NCBI GenBank assembly: GCA_012862495.1
Contig: BLSG01000391.1
Coordinates: 178,039 to 211,108 of the forward strand
Source: Thraustochytrium aureum
Lineage: Eukaryota
Reading direction: 5' to 3'
Length of the DNA: 33,070 bases
Shown: one piece after another, positions 30,715 through 33,070 of the stretch
Position numbering within the stretch: position 1 is the first letter of the stretch
How the letters are laid out: every line of letters begins with the position of its first letter
Translations under genes and position numbers: made by a program
The notes under the pieces: model-generated
The model's input: the letters and a program-made list of their open reading frames with translations, nothing else
What the model was told of the DNA's origin: nothing
Databases searched by the model: none

Positions 30715-31420
30715 TGCCCACGGTGCGTTGTGACGCAGGACCTTGCGGCCAGGCAACTTCGCCACTGGTGCGCCTGCGCCGCGCGTCGGGAGCCTGTCTA
30801 GCTGGCGAGCGCAGCAGCGCGGGCGCGCAATATGCAGCCCCAGTGACCGTGCCCTTGCGCCGCGTGGCTTCGAGGGCGTCTCGTAGGCGCAGCAGCATCG
30901 GCGACTGCTTCTCACTTACTCGGACGCAAAGGGCAACGCAAGAGCCGTTACGACACGCCCTAACCCTCGACCTGACCGATCTTGTTCGTGGGATTGCAGG
31001 AGCGACAGATCGTGAAACGGAGTGCCGGGTGCGAGCAGGCGCCTTGGAGGGGCCTTGTTGGTCTCTCTACTCGATGTGGTCGGAGGGTTTGACTACCTAC
31101 GCCACACAACGCTGAACGCGTCTGCCACGGAAGGCGCCGGCCTCCGACGATGGGGCACTGCCGCTTGGCCCTTCTGGAGGCTGCAGCCCCGCCTGTGGCA
31201 AGGCATCTCGTTGTTGATCATGTGCAGTGCATTGTCTGTTTGTTCGTTTCGGGTTTATTTTCTGTTCTGGGTTTTGTTGAGTTGGGCAGTCGCGCCATGA
31301 TGCGCGCAGAGTGGACAACGGCATATTTTCAGCCAAGAGGTGCGTGGTTGCTGTCCACGTGCAGGGCGGGCATAGATAGGTAATCGCTGGAGAGCAGGAA
31401 GTGGGCGACCGACTGGCCGG

Positions 31421-32023
31421 CTACTTTTTGGGGTTGCCGTCTTCGAGTGCGGCCCGATGCCTCCGCTGAGTAAATGTCGTCCCTGGCTCGACGCCGAAGC
31501 CGCGCTCAGACTTGATGCGGCGGGAGGCCTCCTTTTTCAACATGCGCGAGTTGGACAGCATGCCCGAAAAGGCCGTGCTCTTGGTTTGGGACATGATCTG
31601 CACCATGGTGCGCTCCGCGAGGTCAAGGTTGCGCTGGACGGTTGAAATGGTCGTTTCGCGCTCCTCAAGGCGCTGGCACAACGGGAGGTACTGCTTGTTG
31701 AGGCGCTCAAGCTCCTTGTCGATCCAGTCCATGCTGGCGGCGTCCTTCTCCATGGCGTCGCCACACTGGCGGCGGCGCTGCTTGAGGTTGCTCACCATCT
31801 TGTCCAGCGCCTCAATCTGCGTGAGGCCTTTGTTAGTGGCACCCCGGCGCGGCACCCCGGCGCGGCACCCCGGCGCGGCTCCGGCGCCTTTTCACCCTTC
31901 TCAAAGACTTACCCTCCGTTTCGCATGCTCGGGGCCATTGCTCGCGTTCTTGATGCGGTCGAGGAGCTCGCGCTTTTGCTCGTCGATTTCGAGGTCGCTC
32001 GTGACAGAGTCTCCCGAGTCCAT
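31421..32023 (-). CDS. Coiled-coil protein, 168 aa, SSNA1/DIP13-like; exons 32023-31913 and 31816-31421
   Basis: MDSGDSVTSD...HAKRR|IEALDKMVSNLKQRR... with heptad pattern. The intron has a GTAAGT donor, CACTAAC branch, CGCAG acceptor and an in-frame TGA. Family assignment is from recalled similarity only. Confidence 0.8.
31817..31912 (-). other. Intron (96 nt, phase 0) of the coiled-coil gene
   Basis: GTAAGT...CACTAAC...CACGCAG. Confidence 0.88.
31838..31879. repeat. 13-bp tandem repeat GGCACCCCGGCGC x3 inside the intron
   Basis: Three exact copies at 31838-31876 plus GGC. Confidence 0.9.
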
Positions 32024-32089
32024 CGCTGCGTGCCCGCTCGCGCGCGCCGCGCGATTCTTCGGAGCACGCACTCGCGGACGTCTGTTCGC

Positions 32090-32121
32090 CCGCTCGCTCG
32101 CCCGCTCGCTCGCTCGCTCGC
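32090..32121. repeat. (CGCT)n microsatellite upstream of the coiled-coil gene
   Basis: cgctcgctcgcccgctcgctcgctcgctcgc. Confidence 0.75.
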
Positions 32122-32164
32122 ACTGCCCCGAGCCGCCGCTGCACGCACAGACTCTGTGCAGCTG

Positions 32165-33032
32165 CTATCCGTTAGTGCGCGAGTCGTCTGCTCTGTGTCC
32201 GCTGGAATCGTGAGCCTTCTGCTGTCCGTCCTGATCGCCGCTGTCCTGGGTTTCGTCTTGCGCCTGTGTTTCGCCCTGCTGTTCGGGCAGCCGAGAAGCG
32301 CGGCGGGCCAGGTCCGTGGCCAGAAAGGTGTCCAAGTAGGCGCGGTCCATTGCGAGCGCCAGCACGTTGATCAGGCACATGCCCCCGAAGGTCCCGAGCA
32401 CGGCCAGCCCGCGTTGCGAGCGCAGCTCTGTCAGCACGGCCTCCTCGGCCGCGTCCGCAAACACGCGCGAGAAGCGCTCCACGGCGACCCGCTCGCTCGC
32501 GGTGAACGGCTCGGCCTGGTACACGAGGCGCCGCGTGACAGCCGTTGGCGAGACGAGCGAGAGCTTGGCGCGCCGCACGAGCAGCTGGACCGACGAGCCG
32601 TCCTGCACCCTGAGCAGGCGCAGGAACGGCTCGGTGGAGGCCACAGCGCGGGCCGCAGCTTGTAGCTCGCGGCCTGTGAGCGTGTTCCTCCCAGCGGTGA
32701 TGGAGCGCCAGCCCGCGAGCACGGCGCCGCGCAGCGCGCCGGACGTGACCAGGCCGCGTTCGCAGTAGCTGAAGAACGCCAGGGACAGGCCGATGACTGC
32801 ATAGCCCGCCGAGGAGGCGATTAGCACGGAGGACGTGATGCCTGGGGCCCTGAACTTGCCGGCCTCCTCGAGCTTGACCGTCAGAGCGGCCGTGCCGCCG
32901 ATCCCGGCCGCGGCGATGGCGAGCCCTGCAGAACGCGATCAAAGCCCACCGTGCCGCGTTAGCCTCCGATGCCACTCGACTCGACCGCGACCACGACGCA
33001 GTGCACGACTCACCTCCGATTGCGCCCGACAT
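32165..33032 (-). CDS. Hypothetical membrane protein, 259 aa; exons 33032-33014 and 32925-32165
   Basis: ATG 33032 and an 88-nt intron at 33013-32926 (GTGAGT, GCTAAC, TTCTGCAG) give MSGAIGGLAIAAAGIGGTAALT...; hydrophobic segments VLIASSAGYAVIGLSLAFF and GLAVLGTFGGMCLINVLALAM; acidic tail. Confidence 0.75.
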
Positions 33033-33070
33033 GCCGGCTCTCCTCGCGTCCTTCGCGCGAGAGTCTGCTC

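Noticed and set aside
30699..31336. Candidate upstream exon(s) of the RCC1-IPT gene (ATG 30898; GTAAGT near 30918) and + strand ORF 31022..31300
   Set aside because: No protein-like signal, and the splice path cannot be resolved across the gap.

Overview
GC-rich, gene-dense eukaryotic DNA from a gapped draft assembly. It has short GT-AG introns with CTRAC branch points and no prokaryotic features; gene content and style suggest a stramenopile protist, possibly a thraustochytrid (inference only). About 14 protein-coding genes are supported, in order: a ~1000-aa hypothetical protein (-), sphingosine kinase-like (+, 1-nt frameshift), glycerol kinase (-, 3 exons), class-3 lipase (-, 5' end in a gap), secreted Cys-repeat sulfatase (-), cytosolic gamma-glutamyltransferase (-, 2 exons), three tandem intronless paralogues with a reduced EGF-like N-terminus plus seven predicted TM helices (+), a three-repeat Myb factor (-, 1-nt frameshift), an AcpS-type phosphopantetheinyl transferase (+, 2 exons), an RCC1+IPT/TIG protein (-), an SSNA1/DIP13-like coiled-coil protein (-, 2 exons) and a small membrane protein (-, 2 exons). 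Two signals stand out. The first is the tandem EGF-7TM orphan receptor array. The second is a dense non-coding module upstream of the 3R-Myb gene, with 9 copies of an unexplained heptamer CCTCACA interleaved with 9 Myb/MSA-type AACGG cores and E2F-like sites. No database searches were run; all family calls come from motif recognition.
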